A DNA stretch of 64,000 nucleotides from Octopus sinensis (lineage: Eukaryota), in the NCBI RefSeq assembly GCF_006345805.1, contig NC_043010.1, positions 29,450,001-29,514,000 on the forward strand, written 5' to 3'. Made by a program: the position numbers and the translations under genes. The first letter of the stretch is position 1. Every line of letters begins with the position of its first letter. Below, in pieces: positions 38,411-51,327 of the stretch. The notes beneath the pieces were generated by a model. It worked only from the letters and a program-made list of their open reading frames with translations, did not search any database and was not told the origin of the DNA.

Positions 38411-38494
38411 CTGAAAAGAACAGTGAAGTCATATATACATATTCATGTATGTGTTTGTGTGTACGTACGTGTGTGTGTGTGTGTGTACGTACGT

Positions 38495-38535
<41 letters not shown>

Positions 38536-39329
38536 TGTTTATTTGTAGATTTTCTGTATAATCGTAAGTTTCATGCTTTAGTATTTCGCTATTTTCAAAT
38601 ACTTCACCAGAAAAGCTACGCGTCTTCACAAGTAAATTAATGCACATTCATACATACATGCATACATACATACTCTTTTACTCTTTTACTTGTTTCAGTC
38701 ATTTGACTGTGGCCATGCTGGAGCACCGCCATACATACATACATACATACATACATACATACATACATACATACATGCAAACATACATATGTGTGTGTGT
38801 GAGTGTGTGTGTATCAAAATAAGCAACAGAATATCAACTAGTGTTGCATATTATGTTGTATACAACATAATTAATATTGTTTATTAACAATCACTCATAG
38901 TGGCCCAAAATAAAAGTTTCTCTGTATTAACATCTTAGGTTTCTTAGCGTCTTGCTCCTTTAACTGGTAATTAACATCACGATTTAAAGCCTTCCCCTAC
39001 CCAGCCTCTTTTTATAGACAGATACTTTATATCCAATTGACTACTCCTAATGTCTTCTTTCCTCCCTGAGGAAAAGGGATACAAATGACAATATTTATGA
39101 CCATACCTAGCCATGAGCTGTCAACTCACTCTTGTCCTTTATTCATAATAGACACAATCTTCTAGTCTTAAATTTAGTAGTTGATAAAGAGATAAATGAA
39201 TTAGAAATGAATTAAAATTCTTTACAACACTATGACCCCAATAGTTTTCATGCGATTCTCGGAATATTGAATATAGCAAATATGTTTTCCTAGTTCCTTG
39301 ATACTTTTCAACATTGCTTTCTGCAATAC

Positions 39330-40345
39330 GTCACAATAAAGCCTTGAATCCATTGTTCTCTCAATAAATGTGAGTTCTCTCACATCAGCCGCACTCATGC
39401 AACTCTAAAGCATATCAGTTCTACCGCCGGATTACACGGTAGGCACGGTGCATTTGTCGCTATTATCTTCACCTGGTCGTCACCATACTCGTTTAATACC
39501 ATCTGATCCAAACAACTTGATTTTAGTCTCGTCAGAAAAATGATTTTATTCCAGAACTCCTTCCCCTTACTCAAGTGGGTTTCGGCAAAAGAAAGATGAC
39601 TTGATTTATGCCTGGTAATGAGGAGAAGCTTACTACGAGGAATGCGTTCATGAAGGCCATACTTGTTCAAACTTCAACGAACTGTTTGGATGGATACACT
39701 CTTTCCACTAACAGAAGATACTTCTTGGGCCAAAGATGAAGCGGTACGACGCCTGTCGTCTATCCCGCAACGTTGGATGTAGCGAATATCACGCGCAATT
39801 AAAATAGAAGGACGACCTGGATGATGTTTATTGCTTAGCCATCCAGTAGCTTTGTACTTCTGAATTACTTTGGCAACTGTGTTTACAATATTTATGTATG
39901 TGCTTGCTAATTACCTTGTATCCTAAAGCATTCTTGTGCAAATTAAAAACAATTTTCTTCAAATCTTTAGATAATTATTTTCCTTGTGGTGCCATTTTAA
40001 TCTCAAAGATTTCACCACGATACACAAATCAGAATTCCTGCAGATGCAATAGCAATAACCAGTGCAAAAATACCTTGAGAAATAATTTATTAGAATTGAA
40101 ATTATCAGCAGTATCTGATAAAGTGTATAAAATATCTGGTAAAGTGGATAAAATATTGAATATAATAAATTTGCTTTAGGGTGTACATATTTTTGTAACA
40201 TTTGGAAATTAATATTTCGTTCATATCTTTGAAACTGTTTATTGTTTTGTGTTCCAAATTTGTATAATGCATTTTATTCAGTATAAATTTCCTTCGATAT
40301 TATCAGAGTAATAGCAATTTTACTGAAATCTTTTAGGGGTGTACA
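39330..40345 (-). mobile_element. Tc1-like transposon remnant with an IR/DR-type left end
   Basis: Minus terminus TACAGTATCTCACAGAAATATGTACACCCC with inner repeat ATATGTACACCC at ~40178-40191; LNKYGLH.RIPR.K.LL..RH...LSFA..H....FWNKIIF. Confidence 0.75.
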
Positions 40346-40429
40346 TATTTCTGTGAGATACTGTATACATACACACACACATATGTACGGTGCAAAATAG
40401 AGCCGATTTTCGAAGAAAAGGGTTCCCTG

Positions 40430-41540
40430 ATTGCGGACTTCCCAGAAAGTTAAGGAAGGCATAGTGTCACATCCATACAGGAGGTAGGAGAGTGGATGCC
40501 AAAAATTTTAGGCCTATCTCTCAGAAGTCATGCTGTGGCGGCCAGTGAAGCCCTCTACAAGGAGACAGTAATAGTGAGTGGAGTGCCTCTTGGGGCTACG
40601 GCTGTTTATGGTAGCTTTTTTTGGACATGCCATCAGTTACACAGACAGTCACACTTACTAGCTAGTAGTACAGGCAGTCAAGAAATCTTCTGATGCTAAT
40701 CTACAGAAAGACCTAGATGCCATATATAAATAGGCTGAAGAAAACATACAATTTAATACAGGGAAATTACAAGTCCTCTGTTTCCTGCCAGCTTGTGCTA
40801 ATATGCTGCCATAACGATACTATGGATCAAAAGGAGCGACAATCTCGAGTCAAGTATAATGCATGTTCTAGAGAATGATATAGTCACAACGTCTAGTTTC
40901 ACGCACATATCGCCAAGGTGGTGGCAATGTGCAAGCGAATGGCCGGATGGATTCTGAGAACTTCTAGCACAAGAAACCAGGAAACTATGCCGGCTCTATG
41001 GAGATCATTTGTCCTTAGCCATCTGGACTACTGCTCTCAACTGTGATCACCTCACAGTATCAAATTGACAGCGGAACTTGAGGCAGTTCAGTGGTAATAC
41101 ACCAGGAAGATTACATCAAAGGAACAGCTGAGTTACTGGAAGAAAGTGAAAGAGTTACGACTCTATTCTCTGGAGCGAAGACGGGAGATATATATACATA
41201 TGGAAGATCCTGGAGGGATTGGCATCAAACTTTGACATCAAGTGCTAAACCGGCCCCCGAATCGGACGTCACTGCACTGTTCCAAATGTTCCAGCCATCC
41301 TGTCTAAAGTGAAGACCATGTTCTGCAATAGCCTGGAATTCAAGGGCCCATGACTATTTATTATCTTGTCAAAACATCTGACAGATCTGAATGGAGTAGG
41401 GGTAGACAATTTCAAGAAACACCTTGGTCTCTTGCTGTCTCTTAAGGTCCCAGATAAACACATATACCACGGCAAGAAATTCAAAAGAGAGAGCAATAAC
41501 GAAGTCTCTCCTTCACCAAAAGCCAACCACAAAAGAATGC
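40430..41540 (+). mobile_element. Degenerate CR1-like LINE RT/C-terminal fragment
   Basis: SGVP, LQKDLDAIY, GWILRT, FVLSHLDYCSQL*SP, LEAVQ, LRLYSLERRRE. Confidence 0.8.
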
Positions 41541-42862
41541 CACTGAAAAGATGGTAAGAGTGGCGGTGCCTCAGCATGGCCACAGCCTTTGGGCTAAACG
41601 CATAAAAGAATATCAATAAATACACACACACACACACACACACACATCCATTACTTTAGTATGAAAACTAATATCTGAAAATAGCACTAAATGAAACATC
41701 TGTTAGTTGGGAACGTGGTCTAGCGGTTAGGGTGTTGATCTCCCGATCATAAGATCATGGGTTCAATTTCTACATGGGGTGATTCATTGTGTCCTTGAGC
41801 AAAACGCCTCATTTACTCATTGTTCCAGTCCACTCAACAAAAAATTAAAATGAGTACCTCACACCGGCCAGCTAACACATCCACGATATTCCGCTGATTC
41901 AAGTGTGGAAGGGCAAAGAGTATGCCTATGTCTACTCGTCATAGTTCTACCAAGTCGTAGTCCTTGCGAGTGATAGCAGTGGCTCAGTTAGTCTATACTG
42001 AAGAATCACAACCATTCAGAAAGGAAAACATTTATTGAAATAGTTTCTCTCTTGATGCATAAACAAACATTAATTCGTCCTTCTATTAACGTGTATATTG
42101 CAAACCTTGATTTGTAATTGTCTTTCATTAAATATTTTTCTCTTTGAAGGTTTGGTAAAATTTTTCCCTTAATTTGAAAACAAAAAGTAATTTGTTTTGT
42201 TATGTCGCATATCAAAAACAAAAGCTAAAAAGCAAAAGGCTGAAAATTTCTTTAACGCCATCACGGTATACAGAGGATAAATGGATTTGACTGGTTAAAA
42301 TTATAAAAACAATTCCACCATGACAGGTTAGTATCTTTTTTTTATTTATTTACTTATTTATTTCTTGTTTAATTTCTCTCTCAGAATTGTAATTTCGTTA
42401 ATGCCATGTAAAACTATACGTGTGTAAAAAAAAATCCTCATTGAAATCGGGCTCTATACACAAACGGAAAAGAATTACTACATAGGAATTTTGGGTGAAA
42501 GATAATTATCTTTCCCGAGTTCATATAGAGCCATGGTGCCGGTTTTATAAGTTTCCGTGGCGCATATACATAACACCACCTGGACGGGACGCTAGCCCAT
42601 CGCAGGAGTACTCATTTTTGCCAGTTGAGAAGACTGAAGCAACGTGAAATGAAGTGTTTTTCGCAAGAACATACGAGTTGCCAGACCAGGAATCGAAACC
42701 ATAATCTTAGGATCATTAATCCAACACCCTAACTACTAAGCCACGCACCTCCATATTGCATTTTGTAGATGTAGAATAGTGTTAAAATCCTGTTTTCAGT
42801 GTTTTGTACTTAGTGCATTGCTGTTTCGGGTGTCATTAGATACTGAAATCATCAATACAGAC

Positions 42863-42980
42863 CTGACATTCCGATGGAAGTAATTAAAAATAGTACTACT
42901 GCTATTGGCAATTGTAATAATTTTATTACTTTTTGTCTTGCAGTGCACTTGGTGATCTTTCGATGGGAGTTCCCTCGCAT
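42863..42980 (-). CDS. Host gene first coding exon (signal peptide); exon begins at 42989
   Basis: ttcttttcag|GCAGCAACA-ATG (A at -3); MRGNSHRKITKCTARQKVIKLLQLPIAVVLFLITSIGMS then G|gtctgt in phase 1, joining VSA-PC as a plausible cleavage site. Confidence 0.75.
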
Positions 42981-42996
42981 TGTTGCTGCCTGAAAA

Positions 42997-42997
<1 letters not shown>

Positions 42998-43091
<94 letters not shown>

Positions 43092-43105
43092 CAACAACAA
43101 TAATG

Positions 43106-43172
<67 letters not shown>

Positions 43173-43183
43173 TAATAATAATA
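42998..43183. repeat. (AAT)n microsatellite next to the exon acceptor
   Basis: Direct reading; one of many AAT, TA, CA, GATA, GAA and TAC tracts in the window. Confidence 0.95.
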
Positions 43184-43457
43184 CAGTGATTGTAGGATCT
43201 CTAAGAATGATAAAAGAAGGTACTGAAACCTATTTGAAAATGATACCAGGCTTACCATCCCTACAGGAAGTGCAAAAAATCGTATTAACTGGAACGGCTC
43301 ACGTACTGAGAAGAGCATTATCGCTGTGAAAACAACATCCATTCATGAATTTATTTATTTATTAATTTTTAAATACATATTTCCCCTGTGAATTTGCGCG
43401 TGTAATCTGGGAATGCATACAATGAGCTACTCTGCCCGTAGGTGTACGGAAAACAGA
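43184..43457 (+). mobile_element. R4/Dong-like LINE 3' end fragment
   Basis: VIVGSL.MIKEGTETYL..IPGLPSLQEVQKIVLTGTAHVLRRALSL*; matches 2697-3075. Confidence 0.85.
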
Positions 43458-43459
43458 GA

Positions 43460-46400
43460 CCTCAAGAGACAACAGGTTGGAAGTTCACGTTGTTGTTATG
43501 CCTAGTGTGCCATATATTTGGGGTTTTTTTTGTGTTGTACTAGTGAATGTCTAATACATAAAAAAAAAGTTTGTTTTAAACCTTGGGATTACATAGAGAG
43601 TATTTTGCGTAGGATATGAGCAGTTCCCATGAGCACTATCTTTTGAATTTCTGCCATTTTGGGGTTTCCTGGTATCTGAGTTAGGTAGCAATCAGTCCCT
43701 TTCGCTATCATTCCCAGAGCACCTATGACAACAGGTATTGTTTTAGTCTTCAGCTTCCACATTTTGCTGATTTCTATTTCAAGATCTTTATATTTGCTCA
43801 GTTTTTGGTAGGTCTTGACAGATACGTTTATATCGATTGGGACAGTCATATCAATGAGGAAGCATGTTCTTTGTCTGAAGTCTTTCAATATGATGTCTGG
43901 CCTATTTGCATCTATCTTTCTGTCAGTTTGAATGGTGAAGTTCCAGAGGAGTGAGATGTGGTCATTTTCAAGCACTGGAGGTGGATTGTGTTCCCACCAG
44001 TTTTTTTCATGGGGCAAATCCAGGTTTTTGCAAATTACCCAGTGAATATATTGTGCAGCTCTATCATGCCTGTTGAGGTACTCTGTAGGCGCTAGAAGAC
44101 TGCATTTGGAGACAACATGATCAATGGTTTCATTTTGTTGTCGGCATACACGACATGCTGGGCTACTGCCGTTCTTTAATATGTTGGCCTGGTAGTTTCT
44201 TGTTGGTAGGCATTGATCTTGAGCTGCTATGATAAACCCTTCTGTTTCAGATTTTAAGCCAGAGGCCATTAGCCATTGATGGGTCAGGGCTTTGTCAATA
44301 TCTGCATTATTCGCTCTCTTTTGGTATTTGCCATAAAGAGGTTTTTCTTGCCATTTATTATTCAGAATATCTAAGGCCGCAGTTTTGGCACAGGTTTTCA
44401 TGCGCCTAGCTTTTTCTGTGCTTGTTTCTTGTATGTCTATCTCTAATTCCGAAATTGGTTGTATTCGGAATTCACTTAGATATTCCTTTGCCTGTTTTGT
44501 TACTGAGTATGATGCTTTCTTGTTTTCATGTTTTGAGACAAGTTTTGACATCCAGTCCTTAGACTTTTTCAGGTAGGTGTCTAGGCCAATTGTAGCAATC
44601 TTCATTGTTATTGCCAGTTGCAAAAGATCACGGCCTCCCTCTTTTCTTGGCAGATAAAGTCGTTCTGTATCTGCCTTAGGGTGGTGCATTCTATGCATTG
44701 TCAACAGTTTCCTTATTTTTCTGTCGAGCTGACATATTTCAGTAATTGACCAGTTAACGATATTGAAACTGTAAGTCACGACTGGTATGATTAATGCATT
44801 GATCGCTTCGATCCTGTTTCTTGCATTCAGCTCTGTCTTGAGTATTGTTTCACTCTTCGATAGCATTCTCTCCTGATCCTTTCCTTCATCTCTGAATGCC
44901 TTATTCCGTTCCCTTCAATTACCCCTAGGTACTTGTAGCTCTCCGCTGGGTCTAGTTCTTTTATGACATTCTGCTGGTCAAGGTTAACGTTAGATGTTTC
45001 TGTCATTTTTACTTTGATAAAGGTAGCTTTTGCACATTTATCGAGGCCGAATTGCATTCTGATGTCGTCACTGAATTGTTTGACTATCGCTAGTAAGCCC
45101 TTGAGTTGTTGGTCATTTTTTGCAAAGAGCTTTAAATCATCCATATAAATGAGATGATTTATATTTTTATCAAACATTTTATACCCGTACTGCGCGTCAT
45201 TGAGCAGTTTTGAGAGAGGTATTAAGGCTAAACAAAAGAGGAGTGGTTACAGTGAGTCACCCTGGAAAATGCCACACGAAATTTTTACATCACCAGCATT
45301 TAGGGATTCATTGTCACTGTTCAGAGTTAGTGTGGTTCTCCATGATCTCATACTTACAGTCAAAAAGTTTCGCAGAGTAGGTGCTATCTTATACATTTCC
45401 AGACATTTCCTAATCCAGCTATGTGGTAGGCTATCAAAAGCCTTTTTATAGTCTATCCAGGCTATTGATAAGTTTTTGTGTCGTTTGTGACAATCTTCTA
45501 GGATCATCTTATTGATGAGTAGTTGATCTTTACAGCCGTAGGATCCACGTTTACATCCTTTCTGTTCATTAGGGAATATCTGTTAAAAAACTATAAGTAT
45601 ATTCCGTCAGGACAGATGTTAGCGTTTTGTACATAGTTGTTAAGCAGGTTATGGGTCTATAGTTTTTTGGTTCATTTGTTTCTTCACTTTTTGGAAGCAG
45701 GAATGTTAACCCATTAACTAACCAAGGAGGCATCCTACTAGGGTGTTGCAAAACATCATTGTACAGTTCTGTTAGCAGTTCATGGCTCTCTGGGAAGGCA
45801 TTCAGCCAGAAGTTAGGAATTTTATCCTTTCCTGGAGACTTCCATTTGCTTGACCTCCTGAGAGCAGATCTTATATCTTCTACCTTGACACCCTCCCACT
45901 TTTGCTCTTCTAAGGGGTCCAGTTCTGTAGATATTCTGTCAATCCAGGGGGCCTTTTCGTTGTGTGTTTTTTCTTCTGCCCAAATTTTATTCCAAAATCC
46001 CTGCACTTCTTTTGATGGTACAGACCTTGCAGTAAACGCTGTTTTTCCTATCTTCCTGTAAAAATTCTTGGGGTTATTTTTGAACATGTTGTTGTCCTTG
46101 AAAAATCTAACACGCTTTTCATACCTCGCTATGCAGGCAGCTTTGGCAGATACCTTTTGTTTGATGGTTTCTATGGTGGCATCAATATCAAGTATAGTTT
46201 TCATATTGTATTTTTTCAGCAATTTTTGGGTTTTTGTAGGTTTGGTAGTCTTGTGAGCCTTAAGGTTTTTCAAATATTCAATGTCAGATCTAAATAGTTT
46301 AATTTGTTGTTGCAGACGCTCTTGCCAAGAAGGCTTTTTGTGGGAATGTTGCCGTTTTCTAATCTTTACACCACATAGGATCGTTGAGATTTTCGCGGAT

Positions 46401-46935
46401 GCATAGTATAGGTGGTTGAGATTTGTGATATCAACATCATTAGCTGAAATTATATCCTTAAGTGCAAGCCGGATTTTACCAATTATTTTCATGTTTTGGT
46501 TAGAGTTGCGGATTTTAGGGAGTGTATCACGTTCATCCATGCTGGTTTCTTTAATTTTCAGCCATTCAATCATGATTTGATTTTTTAGCTCATGTAGTTC
46601 TGTTGGGTCAATATTTGTGTGAGTTTCTTTATCTATTTGATGTTCATCTGTCTTAGTGTTTATGATTGGTTCAGGGTGTATTTCACTTTGCCTATCACTT
46701 ATACTAACTCTTTCAATCCTTACTTCGTTTTTATCAGCTCTGGGCTGGTCTATACTTATTTCCTCTGTATTATCTTCTCTAGCTGCAGCTTCGTTCATTT
46801 TATCCGATATTGCTTGTCTAACTTGATCAATCTCTACTTCAGTCAGTAATTTTTTTTTTATAATGTTTCTTCTGACGTTGGCAAGTTTGTTACTGTCTAT
46901 GTAGGGTCTTACTCCAGGGTGTTTCTGTCTCCAGA
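43460..46935 (-). mobile_element. Near-complete R4/Dong-like non-LTR retrotransposon (RT, CCHC knuckle, restriction-like endonuclease)
   Basis: ORF pieces 46798-45569, 45507-45247, 45177-44827 and 44866-43589: [66 protein letters not shown]; only a few small frameshifts. Confidence 0.95.
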
Positions 46936-47006
<71 letters not shown>

Positions 47007-47007
<1 letters not shown>

Positions 47008-48180
47008 TGGTATTGCATCGGCTGTTGAGAAATTGCTTGGGGAAAGTATAATGAAGTGGAGGACGGAACTGACGGGATATGGAAGAAGTTTAGGGACAAT
47101 AGAAATCAGGAGAGACATCTTCCAAGGGGACTGCCTGGCCCCAACGATTTTTGTACTGTGCACAATACCACTAACACTGATTCTGAGGAAAGCAAAGGCT
47201 GGCTATGTATTCAAAAGCCACCAACAAAATGTCGACCACTTGTTATTCATGGATGACCTCAAACATTATGGTAAAGATGAATCCCAAGTCAGTTCCCTCG
47301 TTGGTACGGTGTATACTTTCAGTACTGATATCAGAATGGAGTTCGGACGGAAAAAGTGTGGTGTGTTAGTCTTGAAGAGACACAAAATTCAAATGTATGG
47401 AGAGTATAGCGATACCTTTGAGGGAGGTTAAGAAGCAGATAGAAGAGACAAGCTATAAGTAACGGGGGATATTGGAAATGGGTAAACTGATGGATAAAGA
47501 AATGACAGAAAAATTTAAGGTTGATTATTTGCACAAATTGAGACTGATCCTTAATTCAAAATTAAATTGGACGGAATAAGATTGAATCTATCAACACCTG
47601 GGCGGTTTCACTACTTAGATATGGAGCAGGGGTAATCGCATGAATAGTAGACGAACTAAACAGCTTAGACTGAAAGACAAGGAAGTTACTGACTTGATAT
47701 GGGATACTCCACCCCCAAAAGTGACACAGACAGACTGTATTTACCAAGAATAAGTCGGGGGGGCGGACTGACTGGATGCGGGCACAATGTCAGAGCAGAA
47801 GAAAACAACATAGCATGGTATGTAAAAAATGTCACAGATCCACTATTATTGAAAGTAAGAAGATCAGGCTTGTGTAAGATGGTAGATTGCAAAGATAAAG
47901 TACTGTACAAGCACTTCAGAATGAATGAAACTGAAAACAGGTGGATAAAGAAAAGAATGCATGGACAATTTCATAGGGATGTTGAAGATAAGACAGACAG
48001 AGAAAAAAGATGGCTATGAATGAATAAACGTGATTTAAAACCGGAAACGGAGACTTTAATCTGTGCTACCCAAGAACAAGCACTAAGAACGAATTACGTC
48101 AAATACAGAATAGACAACACATCAGAAAGTGGTAAGTGCAGAATTTGTGGACATAATGGTGAAACCGTATGGCATTTCGA
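47007..48180 (+). mobile_element. Degenerate RLE LINE fragment (another R4-like family)
   Basis: IRRDIFQGDCLAP, HLLFMDDLK, DIRMEFG, DRLYLPR..GG.GL, LKPETETLICATQEQALRTNY, CRICG. Confidence 0.85.
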
Positions 48181-48572
48181 TGTTATTAGAGAACGGCCGT
48201 AAATTATGACCAATCCAGGAACTATAAACCCATGGATTCTTTTTACTACCAATTTGGAGTATCTTCTCCTAGGCGTTATTGGTTGGTCTCATTGCATATG
48301 ATGAGACTAGACCCAATTATTCCAGTTATTCATGCCACATTCACACATTAACTTAAATAGATGCATTCTCAAAACCTTTCCAATGTATCAAAATCCACTA
48401 CATACTAAACACATAAGACCTCACAAAAGAAAGAAAGCAATATGGCAGTGACGATCACGCATGCAATAAATGCGATCGTAAATCAATATTAAAATACTAC
48501 AAAATACACCACACAAGAAAGATACAAGGTAGATCAGCAACTCAGAAACACTCACGCATAGACACGCACGCA

Positions 48573-48653
<81 letters not shown>

Positions 48654-49456
48654 CTAAAATCCATAAAAGCAATGACGATCGTAAACGTCTTTATAGGAAT
48701 ATTCAACAAAATGCACACACACAATACACGCATTCTTTCAAACTCACATCAAACAATAAACAGAATAAAAATATTCATCACAACGGAAAAACTAGACGAA
48801 GATCCAATAAAAAAAATTTAGGAAGGTGCAACTGAAACAAGTGAAAAATAAAATAGAGGAAAACATTACAAAATCAATAAACAAAGATCGATATAAACAC
48901 TTTTCCGGGATACAAATGAACGAGCAGTCTTCTAAGGAACAAACAAATATGATATAGCCTTGCATGAAAAATGTTGTGCTAAGCAACAAAGTATCTGAAT
49001 ATCGATACAAATATCAATAGCTACGATAGTATCGAAGGAAACTGAGCTGTATTCTAAAAGAGTTATATCATCAATGAACACCACTGCACCCCATAGAGAA
49101 GATAAAATATAAAAGTGAGTAAAAGGGAAATGGCCAAGACCTATTCGTATTTTTAAAAAATGTAAAAATAGGGATCCAACATGCAAAATACAAAAAAGGA
49201 CTCAAATAACAAAAAAGATAGACAGAAGAGTTAAGCTAGAAATAAGACAAGAGATATAAATGCGTTAGCTGTTACAAGACAAAGGTACACCATAAATTGG
49301 AAGTTAAATGAACGGATGGGCAAAATAATAAAATAACGGAAAAGAGAAGATAGCGTTCCGAAATCACTGTCACAAACCTGATATAGATAGATTATAATTA
49401 TCTTGCACATAGATGGAACAGGGTCTATACAATAAGTGTATTACACTTACCAAGTA

Positions 49457-49848
49457 CTAGCAGTATCGCCCGGCGTTGCTTGGGTTTGTTTCGACCCTTT
49501 AGAATTGGAATTTTTGAAAAGTAAAAATTTTGCATTATGTAGCTTGTTATTCTCTTTAAGTGAACATTTTTCTGGTTGAAATACACCGAAAAATGGCGAC
49601 ACAGCAGTCAAAAAATCGTAAAAAATAGGGATTTTCATAGAAAAAAAAGCACCTTCTTGATGTAACTAATTTTTGGCCTTAACATGGTCCGATTTGAATA
49701 TTTTCTTCTACGGAAGGAGGAGTAAGCCTTCTATCACACTCTCAATTTTGGTCAACTTGCGTCGCAAGGTCTCGGAGGAGATAGTGTTAGTTGAAGGCTA
49801 CCAAACCAGTCATACACAGACAACTTCAGTTTTATATATATAGAGAGA
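49457..49848 (-). mobile_element. Non-autonomous Helitron
   Basis: Same 3' hairpin and CTAG end as the element at 25904, with a TC(TC)TATATATATAAA 5' end. Confidence 0.85.
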
Positions 49849-50519
49849 TTTTTTTATTCCTACACTTAATATTTTGTCACAGTTTTCTTTTTGTAAAAAC
49901 TCTGTGCCATCTATGTTCAAGATAATTGTGGTCTATCTAAATCAGATTTGTGACAGTGGCTTTGAGACGCTATCAAAGGTAAGAAACGGTAACTTACAAA
50001 CTGGGGACAAAGACTGACGATATATGTATCTTTGATCACGAGCAGAAGTGGGGGGGGGGCACCATAGCCATGTGTTGAGAGGAATTCTTTGGGGTTTGGA
50101 TAATTTACCTCTAAAAATATGGGTATTTCGTTCAACATCCTTAAGCAACTCTTATTCAGGGTCCTTTTGGGCGGGATGGACTACTCGACCTGAAGAAAAT
50201 TCTAATTGGGCCCCATCTGCAAGGTCATGCGCTGTTTATCTTGATATGGGATCACCATGTCGTGCACATATGGTTGTATCCTTATCAGACTGGTAGTCAT
50301 GATGGATATACTGGGCTTCGTATATTTGTGCCCTAGTGTCACTTTGATGGTATGCATTGTTCTCTCACCCTATAATAATAATAGTAGTAGTAGTAATAGT
50401 AGTAGCAATAATAATAATAATAACAACAACAACAACAACAATAATAATAATAATAATAATAATTTTTAATTCTTATTATTTTATTATTTTTTAATTTTTA
50501 ATGTTTTTTTTGGTGGTGG

Positions 50520-51120
50520 GGGGAGACTAGTCGATTACATCGACACCAGTGTTTCACTGGTACTTAATTTATCGACCGTGAAAGGATGAAAGGCAAAGTC
50601 GACCTCGACGGACTTTGAACTCAGAACGTAGCTGCAGACGAAATACCGCTAAGCATTTCACCCAGTGTGCTAACGATTCTGCCGGCCCGCCGCCTTCCAT
50701 AATGATAATAATACTTTCTTTTGGGAGTGAGGGGTAGTCGATTACATCGACCCCAGTACTCAACTGGTATTTAATTTATCGACCCTGAAAGGGTGAAAGG
50801 AAAAGTCAACTTCGTCGGAATTTGAACTCAGGACGTAGCGTCAGACGAAATATCACTAAGCATTTCGCCTGACATTCTAACGATTCTGCCATCCTGCCGC
50901 CTTCCATAAAAATAGTGATGATGATGATCATGATGATCATGATGATCATGAGGAGGAGGAGTAGGAGGATAATCCTTACTAATAAAGGCACAAAGCCGGA
51001 AAATTTGGGGGAGGGGGACAGTCGACCACGTCGACCCCTGTACACAACTGACAGTTAATTTACCGACCTCGAAAGGATGAATGGCAAGGTCGACTTTGGT
51101 GGAATTTGAACTCAGAAAAG
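50520..51120 (-). mobile_element. Three tandem SINE family B copies
   Basis: Repeated family B blocks separated by short AAT/GAT runs. Confidence 0.8.
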
Positions 51121-51154
51121 TCCTGCACGTGAACGGCTCTGTCATCTCGCAGTC

Positions 51155-51206
<52 letters not shown>

Positions 51207-51221
51207 GAATAATAATAATAA

Positions 51222-51252
<31 letters not shown>

Positions 51253-51327
51253 GAGGAGGAGGAGGAGGAGGAGGAGAAGAAGAAGAAGAAGAAGAAGAAG
51301 AAGAAGAAGAAGAAGAAGAAGAAGAAT

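Noticed and set aside
42312-42332. ccaccATGacag|gttagt, a possible start exon of a plus-strand gene
   Set aside because: No downstream plus-strand exons found; plausible by chance
48700-49400. Very decayed Penelope-like endonuclease region (similar hint at ~3650-3950)
   Set aside because: Motifs too eroded to support a feature call
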